DNA from: Candidatus Bathyarchaeia archaeon | GTDB taxonomy: Archaea; Thermoproteota; Bathyarchaeia; Bathyarchaeales; Bathycorpusculaceae | NCBI GenBank assembly: GCA_049521795.1 | Contig: JBEKOM010000007.1 | Location: forward strand, 26,233-90,232 | Length of the DNA stretch: 64,000 nt | Reading direction: 5' to 3' | Shown here: positions 20,690 through 30,537 of the stretch, piece by piece | How positions within the stretch are numbered: the first letter of the stretch is position 1 | Layout: each line of letters begins with the position of its first letter | Program-made: the position numbers and the translations under genes | The notes under the pieces: model-generated | Database searches by the model: none | What the model saw: the letters and a program-made list of their open reading frames with translations, nothing else | Told to the model about the DNA's origin: nothing

Positions 20690-21565
20690 ATGCTCGGGTG
20701 TTCCATAATTGTCCTAGGGGTTTGCTTGAGAAAGGTTTTTGCGGCTGCGTTAATGCTTGCTCTATCGGCAAGCGTTCTTCTAATAGGTGGAACCGCGGCA
20801 AAGTACTACATGAACAATCGCACGACAGGGCAGATCGATTATCACGGTACGGAGGCTAGTGGGGTCACAACCGCTACAAATGGAAACCAACCAAACCACC
20901 CCTCTCAAGCTACATCGGCGCCGCCTAAGACTGGTCTAAATCACACCAGAGTGATCGTCTACCCCAAAGGCAACCAAAGTGAAACAGTATCCACGAACAT
21001 TTCAGTTGTACCGAACAATTTTGTCGTGTCTGTAAACCAGACGTTCAGCGTGGACGTGTGGATAAACCACGTGACGGACATGGCGGGATGGGAAATCAAC
21101 CTCTTGTGGAACAACAGTGTGCTCAAATGCGTATGGGCCCAGATAAACACTCCGCCTGAATGGGGAGGAGTAGCGTTTGATTTTTTCAACAAAACCGAAG
21201 CAGACGCGAATAAGATAGACCCAAATTCCGTGTACACCGCTTGGCTGTTTGGCTCAGGAATAGATAACAATTTCAGCGCCACATACGGACAATACTGGAA
21301 AGCTGAAACTTATGGGCCGTACGGGAGTGGCTACGACAACACTTTCAACGGATCATATGCCATCGTAACGCTTACCTTCAAGGCATTGCGAGCGGGATCA
21401 ACATCCATGGACCTTTTGGAGGCCGAAAATCTGGAAATATCGTGCGTTTACGTGAACCAAATCTGCAATGGATATGCAGAGCTAATAACGCACGTTGACT
21501 ATGGCGGCTTCGTCGAAGTGCAAGATATGATGCCTTCTGAAGCTGCATCAGGTCCCCTTCAATAG
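20690..21565 (+). CDS. secreted cohesin-domain protein
   Basis: N-terminal TM/signal; TFSVDVWINHVTDMAGWEINLLWN...IVTLTFKA cohesin-like pattern. Confidence 0.7.
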   Translation: MLGCSIIVLGVCLRKVFAAALMLALSASVLLIGGTAAKYYMNNRTTGQIDYHGTEASGVTTATNGNQPNHPSQATSAPPKTGLNHTRVIVYPKGNQSETVSTNISVVPNNFVVSVNQTFSVDVWINHVTDMAGWEINLLWNNSVLKCVWAQINTPPEWGGVAFDFFNKTEADANKIDPNSVYTAWLFGSGIDNNFSATYGQYWKAETYGPYGSGYDNTFNGSYAIVTLTFKALRAGSTSMDLLEAENLEISCVYVNQICNGYAELITHVDYGGFVEVQDMMPSEAASGPLQ

Positions 21566-21805
21566 ACTCGATACTGCGCGTGCGCTCAAAGTCGAAAACG
21601 CTGGAAGCCCGTATGTGCGCAGCCCCAAGCGATCAACAGATCGGTTCTCCGACGCGTGACATCCACGATGGAACCGTTGACTCGACTAGCGCGCGCGACC
21701 CGTAAGACAACACAACACGCGGAAAGAGCGGAGCGGCATGGAATGATACGTTTGACAAGTACCAAGACATTACAGTCTAAGCTATGACAGGCTAGAGTTC
21801 AAATT

Positions 21806-21825
21806 TTTTGTACAGGCGTACAAAA
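21806..21825. promoter_or_regulatory. inverted repeat, possible operator
   Basis: TTTTGTAC-AGGC-GTACAAAA upstream of the wHTH gene at 21887. Confidence 0.4.
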
Positions 21826-21886
21826 GCGTAGAATTAAGTTTCTCGCTGACCATCTAATCTTTCAGCTGTGAGAGGGAAGGGAGACC

Positions 21887-22219
21887 GTGGAGACTCGGCT
21901 CAGGAAACGTGAAAGGGACAGAATAGCCATAGTTGCGGAGATTCTGGAGATGGCGCGTGGCGGAGTCTTGAAGAGCAACATTATGTGGAGAGCAGGGCTC
22001 AGTTATGATATGCTGAACGGGTACCTCGGGCTCATGATGAACGCCAGGTTGATGGATAAAGTGCTGATGAAGAACAAGGTCGTGTTCAAGCCTACGGAGA
22101 GAGGCATCAAGTTCTTGTACCACTGCCGTGAAATCATGGAGCTGCTGGAAACTGAAGATGATGAACACGAACCGTGCAGAAGGATTCAGCTTCTACCAAC
22201 TAGTCTATCATATCACTAA
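21887..22219 (+). CDS. winged helix-turn-helix transcriptional regulator
   Basis: RDRIAIVAEILE...KSNIMWRAGLSY...TERG pattern of archaeal wHTH proteins. Confidence 0.85.
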   Translation: METRLRKRERDRIAIVAEILEMARGGVLKSNIMWRAGLSYDMLNGYLGLMMNARLMDKVLMKNKVVFKPTERGIKFLYHCREIMELLETEDDEHEPCRRIQLLPTSLSYH

Positions 22220-22368
22220 TCTGACTATCACGACTTAACGCATCGTTCAATCAACTCTAGAAGCCAGACCGCCTGCTGTTTTTCGTCACCGTTTCCGTGG
22301 GTTCCTCATGAAAGCTCGCGTAGCGACGATCCAAAGGAGTGCAACCAAAAGCGAATATGAAAGCCGCA

Positions 22369-22785
22369 TTATTCCTTTGTGTTTCTCAGGTTGTACTTCA
22401 TTTTGACTCCGGCTTTTTCAAAGAGTTTTCCAACGGGGCAGTTTCGCACGGTAAGTTCGTGTGCCCTTCGGAGTCTGTCCTTCGGCATGTCGGTTTCGAC
22501 AAGAACATCCACGGTGGCTTCGGTTATCGTTCCCGCGGCTTCGGACTTCACGGCTTCCACGTTGATTTCCATGTTCTTGAGTGAGAACCTCATCTTCTTC
22601 GCCGTCAGGACGAAGATCGTCGCGTAGCAGCCTGCATAACTCATCAGACAGAGGTCCAGCGCTGAGGGGCCCATGTCAGTTCCATCCGGCGGAGGCTGGT
22701 CCAGGCATAGTGCGTGTGTCTTCTGGTCGTCAACGTCGATTCTGTAGTTCTCAACCAGCTTTGCTTTTGCACGAAGTTTTGTCAT
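22369..22785 (-). CDS. OsmC-family protein
   Basis: DQP..GTDMGPS...AGC...CPV. Confidence 0.9.
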   Translation of the reverse strand: MTKLRAKAKLVENYRIDVDDQKTHALCLDQPPPDGTDMGPSALDLCLMSYAGCYATIFVLTAKKMRFSLKNMEINVEAVKSEAAGTITEATVDVLVETDMPKDRLRRAHELTVRNCPVGKLFEKAGVKMKYNLRNTKE

Positions 22786-22980
22786 AGCACTTCGCCTTCA
22801 ACACAAGTGTGTAACTGAAAATGTGGAAGTTAAAGCTTCTTGCAGAAGGATCATTCCTTTTAGTCAACGGCTATACGTTAATATTCTGGAAGGCGGGAAC
22901 ATTAGAAGGTGAAGAATCATCTACGTCGTGTTGATTCTGAAGGAACAAGTGTTCAACCGCAGTGCGGATGGTGTGGCTGA

Positions 22981-23625
22981 ATGAGTCTGATACCTGATGA
23001 GCACAGGGAACAGATAAAGAATGAGCTTGCCGAGAACCTTGTGAACCCTGTGAGACTGATAATGTTCACTGAACAGTTTGAATGCCAAATGTGCGTGCAG
23101 ACCAAGCAGCTTGTGACGGAGATCGCCGCGTTGAACGATAAGATTCAAGTTGAGGTTCGTGACTTCGTCGCGGACGCTGAGTTGGCCAAGCAGTTCGGCG
23201 TGGACAAGATCCCGGCTGTCGTTCTTGTGGGACAGAAGGATTACGGCGTGAGGCTCTACGGGCTCCCGTACGGCTACGAGTTTCAAACTCTGATGTCAGC
23301 TTTAACCATCGTTTCCCAGGGCAGAACAGACCTGTTGGAAGAGACGAAGACGAAGCTTCAAGCGGTCAGAACGCCGGTTCACATTCAAGTCTTCGTGACG
23401 CTCACGTGTCCACACTGTCCAGCCGCGGCAAGCATGGCTCACAAGTTTGCCATCGAGAACGAGCTCATAAAAGCGGACGTGATCGATGCAGGCGAGTTTC
23501 CGCAGTTGGCCTCGAAGTACGGGGTTATGGGCGTTCCGAAGATAGTGATAAACGAGCAGATAGAATTCGTCGGAGCCGTGCCGGAGAACGTTTTCTTAGA
23601 CCACGTCTTGCTCGCTGCCCGCTAG
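22981..23625 (+). CDS. glutaredoxin-like protein disulfide oxidoreductase (PDO)
   Basis: Two thioredoxin units (CQMC, CPHC), PYGYEF and GVPK. Confidence 0.92.
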   Translation: MSLIPDEHREQIKNELAENLVNPVRLIMFTEQFECQMCVQTKQLVTEIAALNDKIQVEVRDFVADAELAKQFGVDKIPAVVLVGQKDYGVRLYGLPYGYEFQTLMSALTIVSQGRTDLLEETKTKLQAVRTPVHIQVFVTLTCPHCPAAASMAHKFAIENELIKADVIDAGEFPQLASKYGVMGVPKIVINEQIEFVGAVPENVFLDHVLLAAR

Positions 23626-23665
23626 ACCGTTTGTGCGGTGAAAGGCTTCGGAGGAGACTAGAGGC

Positions 23666-25834
23666 ATGAAAGAAAAGGAAGTGGTTCTTCAAATCCTCGG
23701 AATGCACTGCACGGCCTGCGCAACGGGCATCGAATCAGGCCTCAAGAGACTTGACGGCGTGATAGAGGCTGGGGTGAACTTCGCGACTAAGGAAGCCGTG
23801 GTGAAGTATGACGAGGACAAGGTAACTCTGGACAAGATCAAAGCAGCGGTCAAGAGAGGCGGGTACGAAGCGGTTGAACGGGTTGAGGACGTCAGCGAGA
23901 AGCGCAGAGAAGAAGTCCGGGAAAGAATGCTGCTCTTCTTCATCGGCCTGGCCCTCACGGTTCCGATCGTCATCATCACTTACTTCACGGCGTTTTCTCA
24001 GAAGAACATCGTGCTTCTGGCGTTGGCCACGCCTGTTCAGTTCATAGTTGGCTGGCACTTCTACAGAGGGGCTTACAGCTCGGTCAGAAACCGTTTCGCA
24101 GACATGAACGTGCTCGTGGCCTTGAGCTCCTCGGTCGCGTACGTCTACTCGGCCTACGTCACGTTCTTTGAGCCCGGCGAAATGGGCTTTTTTGAAGCTG
24201 CAGCCATCGTCGTGACAACGATAACGTTAGGCATGCTTCTTGAAGACATGGCTGTTGAGAGAACGGGCGACGCGATAAAGAAGCTCATGTCAATTCAGCC
24301 GAAAACGGCCACGGTCGTCCGAGACGGAGAGGAGAAGGAAGTCTCGGTCGATGACGTTCAGGTCGGTGACACCGTCGTAGCCAAGCCTGGAAACAGAATT
24401 CCAGTCGATGGAACAGTCGTTGACGGCCACACGTACCTTGACGAGTCGATGGTAACGGGCGAATCGGTTCCTGTTGAGAAGAACGTCGGGGACACGGTCT
24501 TCAGCGGCACGATCAACAAGACGGGCACAGTGAAGTTTCAAGCAGAAAAAGTCGGCTTGGAGACGACTCTGGCTCAAATAGTGCGCTTAGCCCGTGAAGT
24601 GCAGGCAAGTAAGGCTCCGATTCAGAGGATCGCAGACAAGGTTGTCAACGTCTTCGTCCCCGTTGTCGTTGCAATATCGATTCTGACTTTCACCGTGTGG
24701 TTCTTCGTCTTCAAAGATCAGGCCTTGGCCCTGACCACGACGGTTGCTGTCTTGGCCATATCGTGCCCATGCGCGTTAGGCATAGCAACGCCCGCTGCGA
24801 TAATGATAGGCGTCGGCAAGGGAGCGGAGAACGGCGTCCTCATCAAGAACACTGCGGTTCTCGAGGTCGTGAAGAACCTTGACACGGTGGTTTTTGACAA
24901 GACAGGCACATTGACTAGAGGCAAGCTGGACGTGACAGACGTCGCAGCAGAGGACAAGAAGGGTCTTCTCATGGTTGCCGCGGTGGCTGAAAAATGGTCT
25001 GAACACCCCATAGGCCAGGCAATCGTCAAGAAAGCTGAGAGCGAAGGAATCAGCCTTTCCGAACCAGAAGCGTTTGAAGCATTGCCAGGCTTCGGCGTCA
25101 CCGCACAAGTCAAAGGCAAAAAAGTGCTGATCGGAAATCGCGCCTTGATGAGAAACAACAACGTTTCAGTCACGCGGTTAGAAAGCGAAATCGAAAAGCT
25201 CGAAGGCGAAGGCAAAACCGTCCTCATAGTCGCGGTCGAAGGAGCAGCCGCAGGCGCATTAGCCGTGTCTGACACGGTGAAAGAACATTCAAAGGAAGCG
25301 ATAAACACTCTGCAAGAGATGGGCTTGAAGGTTGCCATGCTCAGCGGCGACACGAAGAGAACCTCAGCAGCGATTGCCAAGCAGTTAGGCGTCGACACCG
25401 TCATCGCGGAAGTCGTGCCAGCCGAGAAGGTTGAGGAGATCAAGAAGCTTCAGGCCAAGGGACGCTTCGTCGCCATGGTCGGCGACGGAATAAACGATGC
25501 CCCCGCCATCACACAGGCAAACGTAGGCATAGCCATCGGCAGCGGAACCGACATCGCCATCGATTCAGGAGACATCGTCCTAATCAAGGATGACCCACGC
25601 GACGTTGCCACGAGCATAGAGCTGAGCAGAAAAACGCTGGCCAAGATAAGGCAGAACCTGTTCTGGGCCTTCTTCTACAACGTCATAATGATCCCCCTCG
25701 CCGCCGGCGTCCTGCACCCTTCACTCGGCGTTCTGATCCCGCCCGAAGCCGCTGCAACTTCGATGATACTCAGCGACATCACCGTCGTCGGAAACTCGAT
25801 GCTGCTGAGAAGGTTCAAACCTCAGAAAAAGTGA
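23666..25834 (+). CDS. copA: copper-translocating P1B-type ATPase
   Basis: GMHCTAC metal-binding domain, TGES, CPC, DKTGT, HP, GDGINDAP and YN. Confidence 0.95.
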   Translation: MKEKEVVLQILGMHCTACATGIESGLKRLDGVIEAGVNFATKEAVVKYDEDKVTLDKIKAAVKRGGYEAVERVEDVSEKRREEVRERMLLFFIGLALTVPIVIITYFTAFSQKNIVLLALATPVQFIVGWHFYRGAYSSVRNRFADMNVLVALSSSVAYVYSAYVTFFEPGEMGFFEAAAIVVTTITLGMLLEDMAVERTGDAIKKLMSIQPKTATVVRDGEEKEVSVDDVQVGDTVVAKPGNRIPVDGTVVDGHTYLDESMVTGESVPVEKNVGDTVFSGTINKTGTVKFQAEKVGLETTLAQIVRLAREVQASKAPIQRIADKVVNVFVPVVVAISILTFTVWFFVFKDQALALTTTVAVLAISCPCALGIATPAAIMIGVGKGAENGVLIKNTAVLEVVKNLDTVVFDKTGTLTRGKLDVTDVAAEDKKGLLMVAAVAEKWSEHPIGQAIVKKAESEGISLSEPEAFEALPGFGVTAQVKGKKVLIGNRALMRNNNVSVTRLESEIEKLEGEGKTVLIVAVEGAAAGALAVSDTVKEHSKEAINTLQEMGLKVAMLSGDTKRTSAAIAKQLGVDTVIAEVVPAEKVEEIKKLQAKGRFVAMVGDGINDAPAITQANVGIAIGSGTDIAIDSGDIVLIKDDPRDVATSIELSRKTLAKIRQNLFWAFFYNVIMIPLAAGVLHPSLGVLIPPEAAATSMILSDITVVGNSMLLRRFKPQKK

Positions 25835-25898
25835 GACGCCCGCACGCGTTAAACACGTTAAAAATAAAAGAATAGCAAACAGTCAGAAGCTTCAGACT

Positions 25899-26048
25899 CT
25901 ACTGTCCAGCAGCGTATCTTGAGGGGTTCTTGTCGAACGCTATATTGCAAGCCAGAGCACAGAAGTAGTAGGTCTTGCCCCTGTGCTGCGACTTAAACTT
26001 CGCAGTCTTCTCGTCCACCATCATCCCACAAACAGGATCCTTAACCAT
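25899..26048 (-). CDS. YHS/TRASH domain protein (49 aa)
   Basis: MVKDPVCGMMVD...YYFCALACNIAFDKNPSRY; SD GGAGGTGA upstream; next to copA. Confidence 0.9.
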   Translation of the reverse strand: MVKDPVCGMMVDEKTAKFKSQHRGKTYYFCALACNIAFDKNPSRYAAGQ

Positions 26049-26160
26049 GCACCGCTCACCTCCTCGACTCTCATCTAAGGTCTGAAGTATTTAGGCATGT
26101 CCGCCGCGCGTGCTATGAGTGTATATGAGTTGAGTGTAAGAATGTTAAAGCGGGACCGTT

Positions 26161-26268
26161 TGGGTCTTGGGGTTTTGGGTGGTAAAGTTCTATCCAACCC
26201 ACCAACAACGGACGACGACGGACTACGACGACCACGAACCACGACGACGACCACGACGGACGACGGTT
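26161..26268 (+). repeat. dispersed palindromic site (copy c) with GACG arm
   Basis: GGGGTTTTGGGTGGTAAAGTTCTATCCAACCCACCAACAACGGACGACGACGG... Confidence 0.85.
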
Positions 26269-26380
26269 AATGGGCAAGTATCCATATTCTTCCAATGGAC
26301 GGCTAGGAAACCTATAGCCGCTTCAGGATACATCTGGATATTACTGGAACAGGATAAGGATAGGATAGCGAGTTGATGCC

Positions 26381-26473
26381 ACGAGGGGTCAGAAGAACAC
26401 AAAGACTTACCCCTCATAATGAACCCAAGACTATACTACGAGGGGTAAAAAACATTCGAAAACTTACCCCTCA
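26381..26473. repeat. two tandem ~36 bp hairpin repeats GAGGGGT..N..TTACCCCTC
   Basis: Copies at 26381-26416 and 26438-26473, 57 bp period. Confidence 0.7.
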
Positions 26474-27333
26474 ACAATGCGCGCGCGAAAGCTGAAGTTG
26501 ATTCATAGTAATTAGTGTGAGTAAACAAGGTTCTTATGAGGCGAGCCGTCAAATGTGAAGCATGCGGACCAATATTGTATATTCTTTCGTTATGGCACAG
26601 AATGTGAGCCTAAAAGCAAAATTGCAGAAACGAGACAGAAGCAAGTCGGTACTTGGACAAAGTTTCCGAGTTGTCCCTTTCAAGCTTTTGAAGGGTGTGT
26701 GCGATTTGGTTTGGGATACGTATTTGCTGGAGATATCCATATTCGAAATGAAGGTGCCATTAACGACGCTCAAGTGTCTATCTCGTAAGTACATTACTCG
26801 CAAGCATAATGGATATGCTTTGATTAGCAACGTTGAAGAGAGGATGCTCAGAGTGGCGTCAGTGAAGAAGATTTCAAATTATGTTTGTTTGTTGTTATCA
26901 TATTTGTTTCAGGGCTTGAAAGAGGTCTGGGGTGCCTTGGTTGGTTCGTATGATCAGTATGGAATTGAAAAATCGCCTGATCAATCGATCGATCGATTTT
27001 TGTCACCGGACGAAGCTCCAGGTTAAGTCGTCGTTTGCCTTGAAAACTTGGGCAAGTTCGATCAATCTGACGAGTACGGTTTTTTCAAGTCCTGAAAAGA
27101 TTTTTTCCAATTGCTGAAGGCTTCAGTTAAGGTCTGAATTAATTTTTTCAACTCGCTATTCCCTAGTTCAACTCTTGCAAGCCCATTTTTAAGTTCTAAT
27201 CGATCTCTTGCACTTTTACCTGACTCTCTCTTCTCTCCAGAAATGTCGTGACAGCATCTCCCTTTTCTAGTTCTTCAACAAAGCGCGCGCTGAAGGCAAA
27301 AAACGGGCGCTAACCAGAATTGTTCTTTATTGA

Positions 27334-27708
27334 TTATTTCTTCGGTTCGGTCTTTGCTGGTTCTTTTTCTTCAACTGTCTTTAAAGCCCCTTTTAATTCG
27401 ACTTTAATCTCCCTCAGCAGGTTGACGCCTAAGGATCCGATTTTTCCACCAGCCCACATGATGAAAACCATGAGTACGAACCAAACAAGCATGCCGGCAG
27501 CCTTGTTCATGTCTTGGCCTGAAATCACCCGCGAACCGTTTGCGGAAATGTCTTGAAAACTGAACAGTTTCGGAGGAGCGTTCATGCCTGTGAAAACAAA
27601 TATCATCTCAAAGACCGCGAAGAAAATCACAGCGACACCTACGGCCAACAAAACGTAGGCCACAGTCCTTCTGTTTTTCCAGTTCAACTTCACACGGTTC
27701 AGCCTCAC
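27334..27708 (-). CDS. membrane protein, hypothetical
   Basis: Two clear TM helices. Confidence 0.75.
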   Translation of the reverse strand: MRLNRVKLNWKNRRTVAYVLLAVGVAVIFFAVFEMIFVFTGMNAPPKLFSFQDISANGSRVISGQDMNKAAGMLVWFVLMVFIMWAGGKIGSLGVNLLREIKVELKGALKTVEEKEPAKTEPKK

Positions 27709-27792
27709 AAACCACTACCAAGTCATTTACTATAAAAGTCTGCATGCAAAAACCTTAACACGCGCGTGCACGCAGCGCGTGCGCTCTGCGTC

Positions 27793-28398
27793 CTAATTGT
27801 GCTCAGCTCGAAGTTCAACAAACATGGAATATGCAAACAGACCCAGATAAAACAGGCTTGGAAGCACAAGAAGGGTTGGAAGAACATATTCTTGGCCTCG
27901 ACCAACCGCGAGCAAAGGTCCGAGAACCGCACCTAGCGGGATTATTAGAGCCCAGTTCTTGTTATGCGGTTCCAAAAGAGTCTGCAAATCGCCCAGCTTG
28001 TACATGATCGGCAAGGTTGAAAAGAGAAGGATAAGCTCCGCAATGACGTTAGTTAGGCTAGTTACGTTGATGTTTAGAGCTCCGAACCAGCTCTGGGACA
28101 AAGGCCAGAACAGCTTGACTCCTCCGGTGAAAAAATCGCCTATGAGAATGTGAGAGAGCAAAGCCGCGTAATACGGGACTGCTTGCTTGCGATAAACAAT
28201 AAAGAACGGAATCATCAGCACGGTTATGGTGATGAGTGAGTGCGTGGGTCCCCGATGCATGAGGAAGCGCAGTAGCAGATCAACGTCTGGAAGAACCGAA
28301 GCCGCAAAGAGAAGCGGCATGTTCGCTTTGACTTTAGCAAGCTTTGAAGAACCCTTTCCCGTTATGTATCCCAAAGCAAAGTGGCCGATTGCGAACGT
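27793..28398 (-). CDS. membrane-bound metal-dependent hydrolase (YdjM/LexA-binding-like)
   Basis: GH (upstream extension), LPDVD, HRGPTHS and SHILIGD; start proposed at ACG 28398. Confidence 0.85.
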   Translation of the reverse strand, partial: TFAIGHFALGYITGKGSSKLAKVKANMPLLFAASVLPDVDLLLRFLMHRGPTHSLITITVLMIPFFIVYRKQAVPYYAALLSHILIGDFFTGGVKLFWPLSQSWFGALNINVTSLTNVIAELILLFSTLPIMYKLGDLQTLLEPHNKNWALIIPLGAVLGPLLAVGRGQEYVLPTLLVLPSLFYLGLFAYSMFVELRAEHN

Positions 28399-28499
28399 TT
28401 AAGGAACCTCTTGAACACGTCGCAGATGCGAAAGGAACTTATTAAAGCCAACTCCGCCATTATCCATCCATTTGCTCTCTTGAGTGGATATTCATACGA

Positions 28500-28541
28500 C
28501 TTGTGACCCTAAAACGTTAGCATCTGGTGCGAGTCTGTGCT
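28500..28541 (+). repeat. ~45-60 bp dispersed repeat CTTGTGACCCyAAAACGTTAG... (copy 1)
   Basis: Other copies at 31322-31372 and 46659-46711. Confidence 0.85.
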
Positions 28542-28588
28542 AGCGCGCGCTCTTAAACATTGAACAGAAAAAAAAAGAGGGATAGAAT

Positions 28589-30226
28589 TTACCAGCGTTT
28601 CTTGAACAGGCGTCGGGATGCAGCAATTGCAGATGCAGCGGCGAAGAGTCCTAGAGCAATCCATGGAGCCATCAGCTGAAGCGTGCCTATCGGACTGAGA
28701 GCCTGCATCGTAATCGGTGCCCATTCTCCGCCGACCGCAGGGGTAGTGTAGTGAGCCGTCGCGGTGTGCGGTGACATGTGCACGGTTATCGAGTTTACGC
28801 CAATACCCTGCGATGTGCCGTCAACGTCCCAGTACAAGAAGTTCCCAAACGTCCGAGTGGAAGGACTTTCCAAAGTAGGCGGCGCCGTGAGTGGCACAGC
28901 CGAACCTCCGTCGTACCAGCCCGCACCAGGAATCGTAGGGGTCAAACCCGATGGACTCGTCAGCACCGTCAAATAGTACTGGGTCGTCCAGACTGCAGTT
29001 GCGGTTTTGGGTCCGCTCATGATGATGCCAGCGCTCGTCAAACCTGTTCCTGAAGCGTCACCGCTCCAGCTGGTGAATACGTATCGGATTCCTGTACCGC
29101 CAGAGATCGGACCTCCGGATGAAAGTGTTGCGTAAGCTGTAGAACCACTGGGATACCATCCTCCGCCGCCCGGCGTGTCGTAAGGCGACGTAACGGTCAA
29201 GAGGTACTGCGTCTGCCAGGTTGCTGTCTCTGTTATCGGGTTGCTCATAGTCACTGTGGAAGACGATGCTGAACCCGTGTATCCGCCAGTGTCGCTGCTT
29301 GTCCATCCTGTGAACACGTATTGGATTCCCGTTCCTCCAGAAACCGTTGTCGGGCTGACACTGAAGGGCACTCCGGTGGTGCCATCATTATACCAGCCTG
29401 CGCCTAAAGCTGTGCCGTACGCGCTATTTACAGTCAGTTGGTACTGCGTCTGCCAGTTCGCTGTCTCTGTTATGTTGTTGTTCATTATTACCGAATTAGT
29501 CGATAACGGACCAGTGTATCCTCCCGTGTCACTGCTTGACCATCCGGTGAAGATGTACTGGACGCCCGTTCCACCGCTCACTGTAGTCGGAGTTATGCCG
29601 AAGGTTGCTGAGGACCCAGCGGGATACGAGCCCTGACCACTAGCTGTACCGTGGCCTCCGTTGTTAACAGTTAGCTGAGCTGGCACGACGACTGCGATGA
29701 AAGTGGTCTGATACGTCTCTTTCCAGACGACTACGGCCAATAACTGGCCTGGGGCTGGCTCGAAACCGCCGCCGTAAGCAGTTGCGTCGTTTACCATGGC
29801 TTTACCAGCCGCGGACGAGGGCATAGCATGCCCATCAATATAGTACCATATCGCGTCTTGAACGTCTGTCCAAAGGCCCTGTGGGTGGTTTATTATGTAG
29901 TTTACTCTGTTCCAGTCACCTGGGTACACAGTTTGGGCATAACTGGAGTATAACGTGACGCCGTCGAGGGTTTCGCCGCTACTTATGAAGTGACTTTCAT
30001 CGTTGCACCACCCGGTGTAAGCTTCGTTGGTGACGTCGTAGCCTAGAGGCACGTAGGAGAGCGTTATAGTCCAATAGCTGTTAGATCCAGGGTAATCGAA
30101 CTTCGCGCTCACTGTCCCTGGCGGCAGGTTTATGGAAGGACCTGCTGCTCTTGCAAAGCGAGTGATTGACAGGATGAACATCAGTGTGAGCAACGCGATC
30201 AGTGTGTTTCTTGCGTGGTTTTTCAT
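28589..30226 (-). CDS. cell-surface protein: putative thioester domain, InlB-B/Flg_new-like repeats and C-terminal TM anchor
   Basis: Signal peptide; GWC...VQDAIW; ~77 aa repeats (YxFTGW...TAxWQTQYxLTV); TM segment plus basic tail. Confidence 0.8.
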   Translation of the reverse strand: MKNHARNTLIALLTLMFILSITRFARAAGPSINLPPGTVSAKFDYPGSNSYWTITLSYVPLGYDVTNEAYTGWCNDESHFISSGETLDGVTLYSSYAQTVYPGDWNRVNYIINHPQGLWTDVQDAIWYYIDGHAMPSSAAGKAMVNDATAYGGGFEPAPGQLLAVVVWKETYQTTFIAVVVPAQLTVNNGGHGTASGQGSYPAGSSATFGITPTTVSGGTGVQYIFTGWSSSDTGGYTGPLSTNSVIMNNNITETANWQTQYQLTVNSAYGTALGAGWYNDGTTGVPFSVSPTTVSGGTGIQYVFTGWTSSDTGGYTGSASSSTVTMSNPITETATWQTQYLLTVTSPYDTPGGGGWYPSGSTAYATLSSGGPISGGTGIRYVFTSWSGDASGTGLTSAGIIMSGPKTATAVWTTQYYLTVLTSPSGLTPTIPGAGWYDGGSAVPLTAPPTLESPSTRTFGNFLYWDVDGTSQGIGVNSITVHMSPHTATAHYTTPAVGGEWAPITMQALSPIGTLQLMAPWIALGLFAAASAIAASRRLFKKRW

Positions 30227-30396
30227 ATTCTCTCTTTCTCCCTTCTCCTTCACTTTTCGCTAATCAATTACCTATTGATATAGCTATTAAATTTTATGGA
30301 ACGCTCTTCTATTTGTCGTGAGCGGAAGCGAACAACACCGCAGATGTATCACACGCAAACTTCGGCCAGTCAACTGATGTTTCACCCGCGCGCTAC

Positions 30397-30512
30397 AAGG
30401 TCTCGCTTGGGATCTAGTCTTGCTCGCACAAGCCTACGGCTCCAGACTAGGAAACGCAAATTGGAATCCAAATGCGGATATTGACGGCAACAACGTCGTA
30501 GACCTATCAGAA
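30397..30512 (+). pseudogene. dockerin-like repeat fragment
   Basis: KVSL/DLVLLAQAYGSRLGNANWNPNADIDGNNVVDLS, with no start, a 1-nt frameshift and CG runs on both sides. Confidence 0.8.
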
Positions 30513-30537
30513 CGCGCGCATCAAATATAGGTGAATG

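Noticed and set aside
26113-26417. short ORFs over the GACG repeat
   Set aside because: Translations of low-complexity non-coding repeat arms.
26381-26473. CRISPR array
   Set aside because: Only two units, loops vary inside the repeat, and there are no cas genes in the window.
28900-29660. DGR template/variable repeat pair in the surface protein
   Set aside because: The repeats are in-frame domain duplications, I saw no adenine-specific bias, and there is no reverse transcriptase in the window.
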